Origin: Cyanophora paradoxa CCMP329
Taxonomy: Eukaryota > Plantae > Glaucophyta
Direction of reading: 5' to 3'
DNA: 64,000 nt
Assembly (NCBI GenBank): GCA_004431415.1
Contig: QPMI01000255.1
Coordinates: 40,641 to 104,640 of the forward strand
Part shown: one piece after another, positions 25,200-36,720 of the stretch
Layout: each line of letters opens with the position of its first letter
How positions within the stretch are numbered: the stretch's first letter is position 1
Made by a program: the position numbers and the translations under genes
Notes under the pieces: generated by a model
Told to the model about the DNA's origin: nothing
Seen by the model: only the letters and a program-made list of their open reading frames with translations
Database searches by the model: none

Positions 25200-27525
25200 G
25201 CTTCCGCTCACCTCAATGCTGTTACCTACAGCTAGACCTGCTTGCTAGCTCCCGCATCTCTCCTTTTTGACCCACAAGGAGGGGACTAGCCGAGGCCCCG
25301 TACAGTAATTTCGTTGATCGACCACGGGCAAATCGATTTAACAGGACAGCTGCTGCGGCGGCTGCGTCGAACAGCCGGCAAAAAATTGTGTTCTGAGCGA
25401 TGGAAGCAGCGCCAGCACACGGACTGCCGTCACCGCGGCTGGCGCCAACGTCCGCGACGAAACGGCCCGCCGACGTCGGTGCAGACACCCTTCTACTGGT
25501 GCGAATTGACGATTGAGCTTGGCTGCCGCCACCGACGGCTCCGCGACGGCCTGTGACGTTGACCCACTTCGCAGGACAAAAAGCCGCGAGTCGCAGAGAC
25601 GGGCGTCGTGTGGCGGCCAGCTTCGGCCGAGCTCGGAAATGAGCTATCTGAACATACGGCCGACGAAATTACAGAACCTGTCAGTGCGGTCCCGCCGGCA
25701 ATGTATGCGAGGAGCTGACGGCGGCGAACGCAGGGGGCGCCCCGCGAGGCGGGCATCGAGGACCTGCCGAACGACGTGCTGTCGCTGGTGCTGCTGCAGC
25801 TTCGCGTGAAGGTCAAGCGCCCGCAGGACATCGCCCCGCTCGCCGCGCTCCGCCTCGTCTGCCGGGTTCGCCCCGAGTCGCCGCTCTCGGCCGGGCCGCC
25901 GGCTGCTCGTGCGCGCGCTGACGGGCGGCGCCGGGCGTTTTGCAGCGGTTCGAGGATGCGGTGGCGGGGCTCGGGGGCGCGCTGGGCCTGGTGACGGAGG
26001 TGGAGGTGCGGCTGCAGGGCGGCAAGGGCGTCTTCTCGAGCTGGCTCCTCGAGCGCGCCCCGCGCCTCGTCTCCCTCGAGTCACTCCACTGCACCCACAG
26101 CGGCGCCGGCTCCCCCTCCTTCGAGCCCCTCCTTCGCGCCCTGCCCCACCCCGAGCGCCTCCGCAGGTGCCCCCCGGCCCCGCCCGCGCCCCGCCCCGCT
26201 GGTCCGTCGCTGACGGGCGGCAGTCTATCGGTGGGCCCGCACGAGGAGGGGGAGATCCTGGCGGCGGCGCGCTTCCCCGAGCTGCGGCGCCTCGCCGTGC
26301 TGCGGCCCACGGCGCGCTCCTCGGCGCCGACGTGGCACCGCTCGTCGGCCGCGCCGTCGCCGCCCTCCCCCGCCTCGAGCTCCTCCTCCTCGCCGGCGCC
26401 CGCGTCGACTCCTGGGCCGCGCTCCTCCCCCGTGCCGGCGCCCGCGCGCCCTCGCCCTCCACGCCTGCTCGGCCGGCGCCGCCGGAGCGTTGGCGCTCGA
26501 CCTGCGGGGCCTCGGGGCGGCTCCCGGGGCGGCCTGCCTGGAGGAGCTGCGCCTGGAGCCGGGCGAGGCGCCGCTCGCGGCGGCCGGCCTCGCGCCCCTC
26601 TCGGCCCTGCCCGCCCTCCGCAGCCTCGCCTCCGCCTCTCCTCGCCCGGGCGGCGCCGGCGCCGGCCCCCGGGGACCTGCCGCGGCTTGAGGCGTTGGAG
26701 CTCGCCTTGGTGCGGGCGCGGGAGAGCCCGCCGGGGCTCGAGGAGTGGGCGGCGGAGGCCCTCGCCGCCCTCGCCCCGCGCCTCCGTCGCCTCGACCTCG
26801 CCGGCTTCCGCCGCCCCGGCCCCGCCGCCGCCGCCGGCGCCGAGATCGCCGCCGCCCCGCACCTCCGCACCCTCCGCCTTGCGTGCGACTGGCGGCGGGG
26901 CGCGGCGCGAGCGCTGCTGGCGCGGCCGCCGCCCTCGCTGCGCCTGCTCGCCCTCGCGGAGGCCCGCGCCGACCTCGTCGCCCGCCTCGCCGCCCGCTGC
27001 CTGCCCCGCCCCTGCGCTCTCCGCTGGGAGAGCGAGCGCAACCCCTTCGACGCGCCCCAGCAGCGCGCCGCCGCCCTCGCCGTCCTCGCCGCCCGCTGCC
27101 TCCCTCTCGCCCCCGCCGCCCCGCCCGTGTAGGCCCTCTTCATTTCTCTCTGTACAGTGCCGGCCCTCCGCCGCCAGCCTTTCTTCATTTCCCATCTTTC
27201 TTTGACCAAGCACCGCACTTCGCGTGCTTTGTGTAGTGTTGTAAAGTAAGTAAGGGCATTCCACATGTAGACTAATCAAGTCTTCCAGTGCTGGAATTTC
27301 CACTGGAAGCTTGAAGATTTTGTATCCGTTCAGCCGCGTTACTAGTTATGTCATTTACAGATGTCACATTGTGATGCAGTGGGCAGTCAGTGTATTAGTG
27401 CTTTTGCAGATTTGCGAATAGGTTATGCAGGTAGCGCATGGCGTGCCGCTTGGCAGGGCCTCGGAGCCATGTGCGTAGTTTGATCGAACTGTGCAAATAG
27501 GCCTCCAACCCTCCCAAAAGTTTTC
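24828..27525. repeat. Left arm of a large inverted duplication
   Basis: Its reverse complement matches 27626-30820 apart from the 29833-30338 insertion, an approximately 25-nt deletion, a few substitutions and 1-bp indels. Confidence 0.95.
25639..27132 (+). CDS. F-box / LRR (RNI-like) protein, copy 1
   Basis: MSYLNIRPTKLQNLS|GAPREAGIEDLPNDVLSLVLLQL..LRLVCR (F-box signature), followed by LxxLxL repeats (LEELRLE, LEALELA, LRRLDLAG, LRTLRLAC). Stop TAG at 27130-27132. Confidence 0.8.
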
Positions 27526-28017
27526 GAGTCAATAAAGATATCACTGATTTACATATTTTTTGAACATTGCCAATTGCAGCAATTGCAAGTCACTGAGCCT
27601 CGGAGTCGATCGATATGAAGAACCAGAAAACTTTTGGGAGGGTTGGAGGCTATTTGCACAGTTCGATCAAACTACGCACATGGCTCCGAGGCCCTGCCAA
27701 GCGGCACGCCATGCGCTACCTGCATAACCTATTCGCAAATCTGGAAAAGCACTAATACACTGACTGCCCACTGCATCACAATGTGACATCTGTAAATGAC
27801 ATAACTAGTAACGCGGCTGAACGGATACAAAATCTTCAAGCTTCCAGTGGAAATTCCAGCACTGGAAGACTTGATTAGTCTACATGTGGAATGCCCTTAC
27901 TTACTTTACAACACTACACAAAGCACGCGAAGTGCGGTGCTTGGTCAAAGAAAGATGGGAAATGAAGAAAGGCTGGCGGCGGAGGGCCGGCACTGTACAG
28001 AGAGAAATGAAGAGGGC

Positions 28018-29516
28018 CTACACGGGCGGGGCGGCGGGGGCGAGAGGGAGGCAGCGGGCGGCGAGGACGGCGAGGGCGGCGGCGCGCTGCTGGGGCGCGT
28101 CGAAGGGGTTGCGCTCGCTCTCCCAGCGGAGAGCGCAGGGCGGGGCAGGCAGCGGGCGGCGAGGCGGGCGACGAGGTCGGCGCGGGCCTCCGCGAGGGCG
28201 AGCAGGCGCAGCGAGGGCGGCGGCCGCGCCAGCAGCGCTCGCGCCGCGCCCCGCCGCCAGTCGCACGCAAGGCGGAGGGTGCGGAGGTGCGGGGCGGCGG
28301 CGATCTCGGCGCCGGCGGCGGCGGCGGGGCCGGGGCGGCGGAAGCCGGCGAGGTCGAGGCGACGGAGGCGCGGGGCGAGGGCGGCGAGGGCCTCCGCCGC
28401 CCACTCCTCGAGCCCCGGCGGGCTCTCCCGCGCCCGCACCAAGGCGAGCTCCAACGCCTCAAGCCGCGGCAGGTCCCCGGGGGCCGGCGCCGGCGCCGCC
28501 CGGGCGAGGAGAGGCGGAGGGCGAGGCTGCGGAGGGCGGGCAGGGCCGAGAGGGGCGCGAGGCCGGCCGCCGCGAGCGGCGCCTCGCCCGGCTCCAGGCG
28601 CAGCTCCTCCAGGCAGGCCGCCCCGGGAGCCGCCCCGAGGCCCCGCAGGTCGAGCGCCAACGCTCCGGCGGCGCCGGCCGAGCAGGCGTGGAGGGCGAGG
28701 GCGCGCGGGGCGCCGGCACGGGGGAGGAGCGCGGCCCAGGAGTCGACGCGGGCGCCGGCGAGGAGGAGGAGCTCGAGGCGGGGGAGGGCGGCGACGGCGC
28801 GGCCGACGAGCGGTGCCACGTCGGCGCCGAGGAGCGCGCCGTGGGGCCGCAGCACGGCGAGGCGCCGCAGCTCGGGGAAGCGCGCCGCCGCCAGGATCTC
28901 CCCCTCCTCGTGCGGGCCCACCGATAGACTGCCGCCCCGTCAGCGACGGACCAGCGGGGCGGGGCGCGGGGCGGGGCCGGGGGGGCACCTGCGGAGGCGC
29001 TCGGGGTGGGGCAGGGCGCGAAGGAGGGGCTCGAAGGAGGGGGAGCCGGCGCCGCTGTGGGTGCAGTGGAGTGACTCGAGGGAGACGAGGCGCGGGGCGC
29101 GCTCGAGGAGCCAGCTCGAGAAGACGCCCTTGCCGCCCTGCAGCCGCACCTCCACCTCCGTCACCAGGCCCAGCGCGCCCCCGAGCCCCGCCACCGCATC
29201 CTCGAACCGCTGCAAAACGCCCGGCGCCGCCCGTCAGCGCGCGCACGAGCAGCCGGCGGCCCGGCCGAGAGCGGCGACTCGGGGCGAACCCGGCAGACGA
29301 GGCGGAGCGCGGCGAGCGGGGCGATGTCCTGCGGGCGCTTGACCTTCACGCGAAGCTGCAGCAGCACCAGCGACAGCACGTCGTTCGGCAGGTCCTCGAT
29401 GCCCGCCTCGCGGGGCGCCCCCTGCGTTCGCCGCCGTCAGCTCCTCGCATACATTGCCGGCGGGACCGCACTGACAGGTTCTGTAATTTCGTCGGCCGTA
29501 TGTTCAGATAGCTCAT
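28018..29516 (-). CDS. F-box / LRR protein, copy 2 (inverted duplicate)
   Basis: Near-identical reverse complement of 25639-27132. ATG at 29516, stop at 28018. Confidence 0.8.
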
Positions 29517-29832
29517 TTCCGAGCTCGGCCGAAGCTGGCCGCCACACGACGCCCGTCTCTGCGACTCGCGGCTTTTTGTCCTGCGAAGTGGGTCAACGTC
29601 ACAGGCCGTCGCGGAGCCGTCGGTGGCGGCAGCCAAGCTCAATCGTCAATTCGCACCAGTAGAAGGGTGTCTGCACCGACGTCGGCGGGCCGTTTCGTCG
29701 CGGACGTTGGCGCCAGCCGCGGAGACGGCAGTCCGTGTGCTGGCGCTGCTTCCATCGCTCAGAACACAATTTTTTGCCGGCTGTTCGACGCAGCCGCCGC
29801 AGCAGCTGTCCTGTTAAATCGATTTGCCCGTG

Positions 29833-30338
29833 AGCCGGTCGGGCCCCCTGCCGACCCCGACCTTATAGCTGCGCGCGCCTCTCGTCATGTTCAAGCTAAT
29901 CACACTGCATGCCGCCCTCTGTCTGAGCACGCGATGCCGTGGCTCGCTCCGTTGGCAGACGCAGCCCGAGCATCAATCAGACACGGCCGTCCCTGCCCTC
30001 TCACTCCTCACTCTCTCTGGTGCCGAGCTTTTCCCTGGGGACGCACGCCCCCCCTTTTGCGGGTTTGGGATCTGCTGCCGCCACACGCATGCCAAGCCAT
30101 TGCTGTGCTAGCCGCCGCGGTCTTTGCGCCAACAGCTAGCCTCGCTGCCTCGATCTCGTAACAGTTTGAGCGCCGCCTTTCTTTCTCCCCATCTCTCCAT
30201 TCACAAGTCCTGGTCCCATGGGATTCACTAGGAGGCAGGCTCCGCGATCCTATCTGGATAGCTAGGGCGGGTGTTTGCAGACACCCATCACCTAGACACT
30301 CCTCGGTCGCTGAGATAGAGGAGTGTTGAATATTACTG
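29833..30338 (+). mobile_element. 506-bp insertion flanked by a 12-bp target-site duplication, probably a 5'-truncated non-LTR retroelement or SINE
   Basis: GATTTGCCCGTG occurs at 29821-29832 and 30339-30350, while the left arm has the empty site once. No terminal inverted repeats. Open frame to a stop at 30161 and two stem-loops near the 3' end. Family and orientation are inferred. Confidence 0.75.
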
Positions 30339-30473
30339 GATTTGCCCGTGGTCGATCAACGAAATTACTGTACGGGGCCTCGGCTAGTCCCCTCCTTGTG
30401 GGTCAAAAAGGAGAGATGCGGGAGCTAGCAAGCAGTTCTAGCTGTAGGTAACAGCATTGAGGTGGGCGGAATC

Positions 30474-30820
30474 ATGGAGCCGCCGGTAGCCCTGCTTCCG
30501 GTCGTGCCGCCCCCTTTGGACGAGCAGCAGCGCACGCCTCGGCGACGCACAGCTAGCTCAGGCAGCGCCAGCTCCAGCAAACGCATCAGTGCCGGTGGCC
30601 TCCCACTGGTGCAGCCGGCGCGGGACAGCGCGCACATCCCACGGAAGCCCTCGACGCCGCAGGAAGCTAAGAAGCTCGCGTCACCGCGGCAGAAGGCCGC
30701 GCAGCAGTACGTGCAGCAGTGGCAGGCGGATGCTGGGTCTCCTCTCTCGGAGCGCACGCAGTCGCCCTCTGCGACGCGCCGCTCAGCATCGGGGAGCCGG
30801 ACGTGCGCGAGGCTGCCAGA
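30474..30820 (+). pseudogene. Truncated duplicate of the first exon of the Kelch-filamin gene
   Basis: MEPPVALLPVVPPPLDEQQRTP... nearly identical to 25199 onward. It has substitutions and an approximately 25-nt deletion, and homology ends at about 30820. Confidence 0.85.
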
Positions 30821-32650
30821 CTGATCCAGCTGTTGGTAACAGGACCACCTACCCACCAGCACGACCTGGATCAGCTGGACGACCTACCCGCAATCCGCAG
30901 TCGACACCCAGTCCCGCCTCAGCGCACGCGCTAGCTGACCTTTGCAGACCAACGGCTGCGTCACGCTCGTCCCTGGCGCCAGTTATGCCTGCTGTTCCGC
31001 GCCTCACTCGCGCTCTTGGGCCCAGCTCTCGACCGCAGCGACTACTGAACGAGAACTGCTTGTTCTGGGAAACCAGACTGAATCTGTACCTTCTGGGAAA
31101 CAGTTCTTGACGCAGCGACTACAATTAGTCTCACATAAAGCCATTGACGCGTTCCTTTAGTGCCGCGGGGACGAACACTGTTTCTTGCCTTCCGCGCAGG
31201 CGCTCATCGTGACACCCTTATCCCAGCACAAGCCCTGAACTACGTGCAGCCACGGCCATAAACCGTTGTACCGCGTGATTGTCTTCCCCACCGTGGCCCC
31301 GCGGGATCCCGCACGCCCTCGGTCTTGATCTTGTCCGGTTCTAGCTTAGGCGGGACGACGAGATCACCCTCAGCCCCTCCCTTCTGAACAGGGAATCGAC
31401 ACGTAATCGACAGCAGCAGATCACGAGACACGGAATCGACAACAGCGGAATCGACGGAATCAACGCGGAAACGGGCACCCAAATCACATTCACGAGAGCA
31501 GCTGCCCCAACGTTCCTGTAACGCGAAGGCACGCTGCCGACGTCGCCATGACTGGTAGCCGGATATGGAGACGACGGCGACATCCCTCTCGTGCTAGAAC
31601 ATTATTCACTAAATGATCTCGAAGGAAATTGGCTGACGAGTAACAGCGACGAGAAATCCCACGAGACCCGCTCCTGCCCGCCCTTGCCCGCGCAAAATTT
31701 ACCAGATCCAGAAGCAATCCCTTTGCCGAAATCAGACACCGCGCCGAAATCCTTGAATCCAAAAACTCGACAATGCTCCCGGAGGCCTTAGGTTCGAAGC
31801 CGACCAAAAAAGAACGCGCACGTGCCCGCCGAGCGCCGGGAGTTCAGCGCACCATTAGCGTACCATCAGGCGGATAGTCTCGCAAAGAGCTGCAACGACC
31901 AGGCCGATCACGGGCCAGGCTGCGGGCTGCCGCCAGTCCACCTGCCCAGTGGAGCTGTCGGTCGACGCATGACGATATGCCGGCCATCATTATATATACT
32001 ATACTATATATATACTTCACCGGCTGCAAGATTTGAGCACGCTGCCGCTTCGAAGAAGAAGTCTTTGACCAGATCTATACATAAATGCCACAACGAAGCA
32101 TCAACCGGGGAGGACGAGGATGACGAGGAGGACGACACAGCACCGCCAAATAGATGGAACGAGGAGGACGAAGCACCGCCAAATAGAAAAATCCCCGACG
32201 CTTCCAGCCAGTCCGAATTAATTAAAGAGCTGCCCCCGCTGCCCCGACCGCCATCACAGCCGACGCCACCGCCGTGATGCTGTGCCAATCCACGTACGCC
32301 CATCGTTGTAAAAGGCTAGCGAGGGGGCCCGTAGTAGCGCGGGGCTTCTTTTCCGGAGCGCGGCATCGTTTTTTAGGACGAGGTCTCGGAGCGCGGCGTC
32401 TTTTCCTGCAGGCACCTTCGGAACTCCTCCATTACTTCATAAATCAGAACGCATCTGCATAGGACCGTTCGGCTAGCTCACCAGGCCGTGCCCCGAGCGG
32501 GAGGAACAGGGGAATGATGCAAATGCGACGTCGGCAAGCGGAAGTGTGTGCAAATGCGACGTCGGCAACATCCGGCCGCACTGCTACGACGCCACTTTCC
32601 GGCGCGCAGCGGCTGGCGCAGCGTGCGGGCGGGGGCCTCAGAGTCTGGTG

Positions 32651-35600
32651 CTAGATCTCGTCTAAGCTCTCATCGAGTCGCCGAGTGTTAGTCTCGATGC
32701 TGGAGGCTAGACCATGCTTGCCACTCCCGACCTGTATACAGTTCAAGGCAATAAAACTACCCCAACTTGTTCGCAGATAAGATCTTGTTCTACTGAAAAT
32801 ACCCATACAATACTCGCTTGGAAGCACCTCGGTAAAAATGTCGGCTGCGTTACTGATGATTGCTGGTCTACGCGGGACGGGTTGAAAGACCAGACTTTGG
32901 GCGCTCTCGCGGGTGGCCGGGGGGGTCCGCTTCCGGAGCGCGAGAGGGGTGGACGAGCTAGGGAAGAGGGTGGTCGGCGGAGGCGGCGGGCTGATCGGGA
33001 GCCGAGGGTGCGGCGGGGGCGTCGGGGGGCGGGGTCCAGGGGCGGCGGGCCCCGAGGCGCTGGTGGGGGTGGCCAGGGCGACGAGGCCGGCGGCGGCCTC
33101 CTCGGCGGCGGGCGCGGCGCCCTCGGCGAGGGCGTCTCGGCCCCGAGGCCGGGTGGAGGCGGAGGAGGCGCCGGCCGAGGGGCCCGTAACGGAGATGGGG
33201 ATGGGGACGGGGAGAACGCGCGCGTCGCGCTCGTCGTTGCTGCTCGCGATGTGCAGCGGCGGCGGCCGCACCCGGTCCTTCTCCCGCCCCGCCCGCCGGC
33301 GGCGGCGGCGCCGCGGTCGGTGCCCGAGGCGGAGGCGGCCGAGGAGGGGTTCGGCGTGTTCGGCGAGCTCCCGTTCGCCGACGGCGAAGCCTGCGACGCC
33401 GCCGGCGACGCCGCCGACTGCCCCGCCCCGTCGCCGGCGGGGGCGGCCCCTCGGGCCCGGCGCGGCGGGCCCGGGGCCGGGGAGGTCTCGGAGGGGCCGG
33501 CCTGGGAGCGGAGGAAGCGGGTGTAGGGGTCCCCGGGGGCCCCCGAGAAGAAGGCAAAGGCACGGGACTCGCCCGAGCTCGGCGCCCCCGCCGCCGCCTG
33601 CATGGACGCTGGCGAGCCCGGCGGCGGCGGGAAGAGGCGCGGCGAGCCGGCCGCGTGCGCCCCGAACGGAGTGATCGGTGTGAAGGGGTGTCCGAAGAAG
33701 GGGAAGTCGCGCCCCGAGGGCGGGTTGAAGGGACTGATCGCCGACGGGAACCCCGCGTCCGGCGCCGGCGACGGCAGCGAGGCCAGCAGGCTCGCCACGC
33801 TGCCACCGCCCAGGGCGCTGGGCAGGGGCGCGGGGCCGGTGTGGGGGTGGGGCGACCAGAAGGGCGCCCCCCGCTCGCCTGAGGCCGAGTGGAGCATCCA
33901 GGGGCTCGCCGGTCCCAGCCCGATCCCCGACGTCCCCGGCGACGGCGGCCCGCGCGCGCCAAGCCCCCGATGCCGCCCCCGCACCCCGAGACGCCTCGCC
34001 GGCCGCCGAGCCCGGCGGCGGGGGCGGGGCGATTGTGCTCGCCAGGCCGCCGCGGGCCCCCCGGCCCCTCCTTGGCCTCCTTCCCGCTGCCCCCGCCTCG
34101 CCGGCGGCCGGCGCGCCACGAGGCGCGGCCGGGACGACGGCGGCGGCGGCGGCGGTGCGGGCGGCGTCGGAAATTGGCGCAACCGTGGAAACGGCGGTGA
34201 TGGTGATGCCCCCCCTGGCCCGCCGCCGGCGGCGGCACCGACACCACGGTCACCCCTCCAGCGGTCCCGCCCCGGCGCCGGGCCCCGCGGCGACTGCGGG
34301 GGCGGCGCTGTGGCGGGGAGCGGCGGCGTGGCGCGGAGCGTCGGAGGCGGCGGCGTCGGCGGCAGCGCGCTCGGCCCAGTAGGAGAGGTACTCGTTGACG
34401 ACCTCCTCGCGGTCGGGGAGGTCGGGGCCCGCCGCCACCGCCTCGCCCGTCGCCCACGCCGGCGCCCCCTTGTGCCCGCACGTCGGGCACAGCTCTGGCG
34501 CACCCGACCCCGCCCCGCCTCACCGACCCGCCCGCCGGCCTGCGCCGCCTGCGCGGCTGCGCGCGAGCCCGAGGGACGGTGCGCGGGGCGCCGCTGGGGG
34601 CCCCCGTCGCCGGCCGGGACGAGTGCGAGCTGGTGCTGCGGGGCGAGGTGGGAGTCGGAGTGCTGCGGCGGGGCGCTCGGGTCGATGGGGGCCGGCGCTG
34701 CGCGCTGGCCGCGCTGCTTGGGGCGGCCCTTGGCTCCCGTGGGGGACTCCTTCTTGAGCTTGCGGGGCGGGTGGGGCGGGAGGGGCGCCGGCTCGGGCCC
34801 CGCGCCGGCGGCGGCGAGGGCGCGCTGCTGGGCGGAGAGGGCCTGCTGCATGGCGAGATCCTGCTGCTGCCCCGCGTGCCCCTCGAAGATCCCCCCGAAG
34901 CCCGCCATCCCTCCGCCCTGCCGTCCCTCGTCTGCGCCGCCCGTCAGCTCCCCGCCTCGCCCCCGCCCCAGCGCACGCACAGGGGAAGTAGAAGTAGCTC
35001 GGGGGGCCGGCGTGCATCCCGGGGCCGTGCGCCGGGCCCCCGGGGCCATCCGTGGGGTGCATCCCGGGCTGGAAGCCCATGACGGGGGGCACGAAGGGGT
35101 TCGGCGGCATCGGTTGGCCCATCGGGCCCAGCATGAAGCCCGGCGCTGCCCCCGCCGGCCCCGCCTGCTTGAAGTACTGCGCGCCCACGATCCCCGGCCC
35201 CGCGAATCCCATCGCCTGCGCCTGCTGCGCGTGCGCTTGCGCTTGCGCGTGCGCGTGCGCCTGAGCCTGGGCGTGGGCGTGGGCCTGCGCCTGCGCGTGC
35301 GCGTGCTGGCTGGCCTGCAGGGACCCCCGGCCCGGCCGCGCAGAGCCGCGCTTCATAACCTCCTCGTCGTCGTCCGCCGCCGCGACTGCCGCCACCGCCG
35401 CCGCGAGGCCGGCCTGCGCCGCCGCACGCGACGGCCGACCCTTGCGCGCCCCGCCTGCGCGCCCTCTGCGTGGGGGTGAGCGGGTGCGGGCCGGGGGCCG
35501 GGGGCGGGGGCGGGGGGGGACGGACAGGGGCTGGGGCATCTCGCCGGGGGGCGGGGCCGGGGGGTGGAAGCTGGGCGCGGGGCCCTCGTCCTCGTCCGAG

Positions 35601-36720
35601 GCGCTTGAGAAGACCTCCGCGCCGCGCTTGCGCCCCGCCCCCACCGACTTCCGCTTCCCCGCCCCCCGCGCCGGTCCCGCGCTCGTCGCCATCCGCACCA
35701 GCCCTGCCCCGCCCCGCTCGCCGGCGCCGGCGGGGCGCGGGGCGGGGAGCTCGCACCGGTGGGGTCGATAAGGTCGCGCGCGGAGGAGCCGTTCTCGTCC
35801 TGGCCGGCCACGCGCTGCTTCTTCTCGGCGCCGAACCAGCGCGCGCGGACGTAGATCTCAATCCGCGGGTGCGTGATCACCCGGTTCGTCTCGGCGTGGA
35901 TCAACTGCCGCCCCGTCAGCAGCGAGCGGCGCCGGCGCGCAGTCGCCGGTACTTACTCGCAGCCAGAACCACCTGGAGAAAGCAGAGCGGATTCAGTACC
36001 GACAGGGGATTCGGGGCAAGCGCAGGACGCACTTCTTGCCGCCCTTGAACGACGAGATGTTGAAGGTGAGCACGGCCTCCAGCTCGCCGGACGGCCCCAT
36101 GATGCAAGCCAGCTACCGCGCTTTCCGTCAGGGGCCCTCGAGCAGTGAAGGGAGGATGCCGACCTCTTGCGAGGGGCTCGGGGCACATCCCTTCGGTGCG
36201 CGCTCGTTGCCCTGGTACGTCCGGAGCTGCCCGAAGTGGAAGCTCGCCTCTGTACACGCCCGCTGGTCTTGCGTCATCGAGACCTCGGCCACCTCCTGCG
36301 TCTCTGCGGGGCCGCGTGAGACCTGGGCCTCGCCGGTTCCTGCGGGCACTCCGAGCCAGCCGCTGGCGATGCGCCCGCTTCTGGGAGGCAGTGCGAGCAC
36401 GAAAATGGGGGCACCACTATCAATGAGGGAGAGGATGATGCGGGACCCGGAAAGACGAGTCGCTTCGTGTGCGTCCTGCACTTGCAGAGTGTACCTGAAC
36501 ACGTGCTCGGCGATTTCGTGTGCATCCTGCGACGAGCGAAAGAGCACCTGCAGCCAGCGCGGACGATGAAGCGCTGGACGCCTTGATCCTGCTCCGCGGG
36601 CTCGAGCGGAGTGAAGAACGAACCGCCTGCGCTTCCGGGTGAGGGCCGTCTGAAAGCTACGGCTAGCGACGAACCAGGGCCATTCTTTTGCTGCCCTCTC
36701 TTCGCAAGGACCCACGACAT
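32651..36720 (-). CDS. Putative transcription factor: N-terminal beta-rich domain, basic NLS-like motif, His/Gln/Ala repeats, Pro/Ser-rich tail (3' end approximate)
   Basis: Spliced N-terminus MSWVLAKRGQQKNGPG|GSFFTP..FIVRAGCR|YTLQV..LTFNISSFKGGKK|WFWLR|LIHAETNRVITHPRIEIYVRARWFGAEKKQR. Then GKRKSVGAGRKR, (HAHAQAQA)n, many SP/TP sites and EEAAAGLVALA. The function is inferred from architecture only. Confidence 0.5.
35215..35305 (-). repeat. Coding microsatellite giving a (His/Gln-Ala)n tract
   Basis: GCCTGC/GCGTGC hexamers on the + strand encode QHAHAQAQAHAHAQAQAHAHAQAQAHAQQAQA on the - strand. Confidence 0.8.

Larger units (their letters stand above)
27626..30820. repeat. Right arm of the inverted duplication (unique 100-bp spacer at 27526-27625)
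   Basis: GAAAACTTTTGGGAGGG at 27626 is the reverse complement of the left-arm end. Homology continues to GGCTGCCAGA at 30820. Confidence 0.95.

Noticed and set aside
17167-25248. Very long Arg/Pro/Gly/Ala-rich ORFs on both strands (up to 987 aa), with similar ones at 37-40 kb, 46-51 kb and 59-63 kb
   Set aside because: Stop-poor shadows of very high GC DNA. The recognisable motifs lie in spliced frames of the genes listed.
27847-29511. ORF MEIPALEDLISL... and its mirror at 25813-27303
   Set aside because: GTG start, antisense to the F-box genes, and no motifs.
24828-30820. The inverted duplication as a pure fold-back read artefact
   Set aside because: The arms differ by substitutions, a deletion and a TSD-flanked insertion, and there is a unique spacer. 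An artefact is unlikely, though not formally excluded.
31770-31810. tRNA-like B-box GGTTCGAAGCC followed by ACCA
   Set aside because: The T-stem is mismatched, and there is no A-box, D-arm or acceptor stem. At most a remnant.
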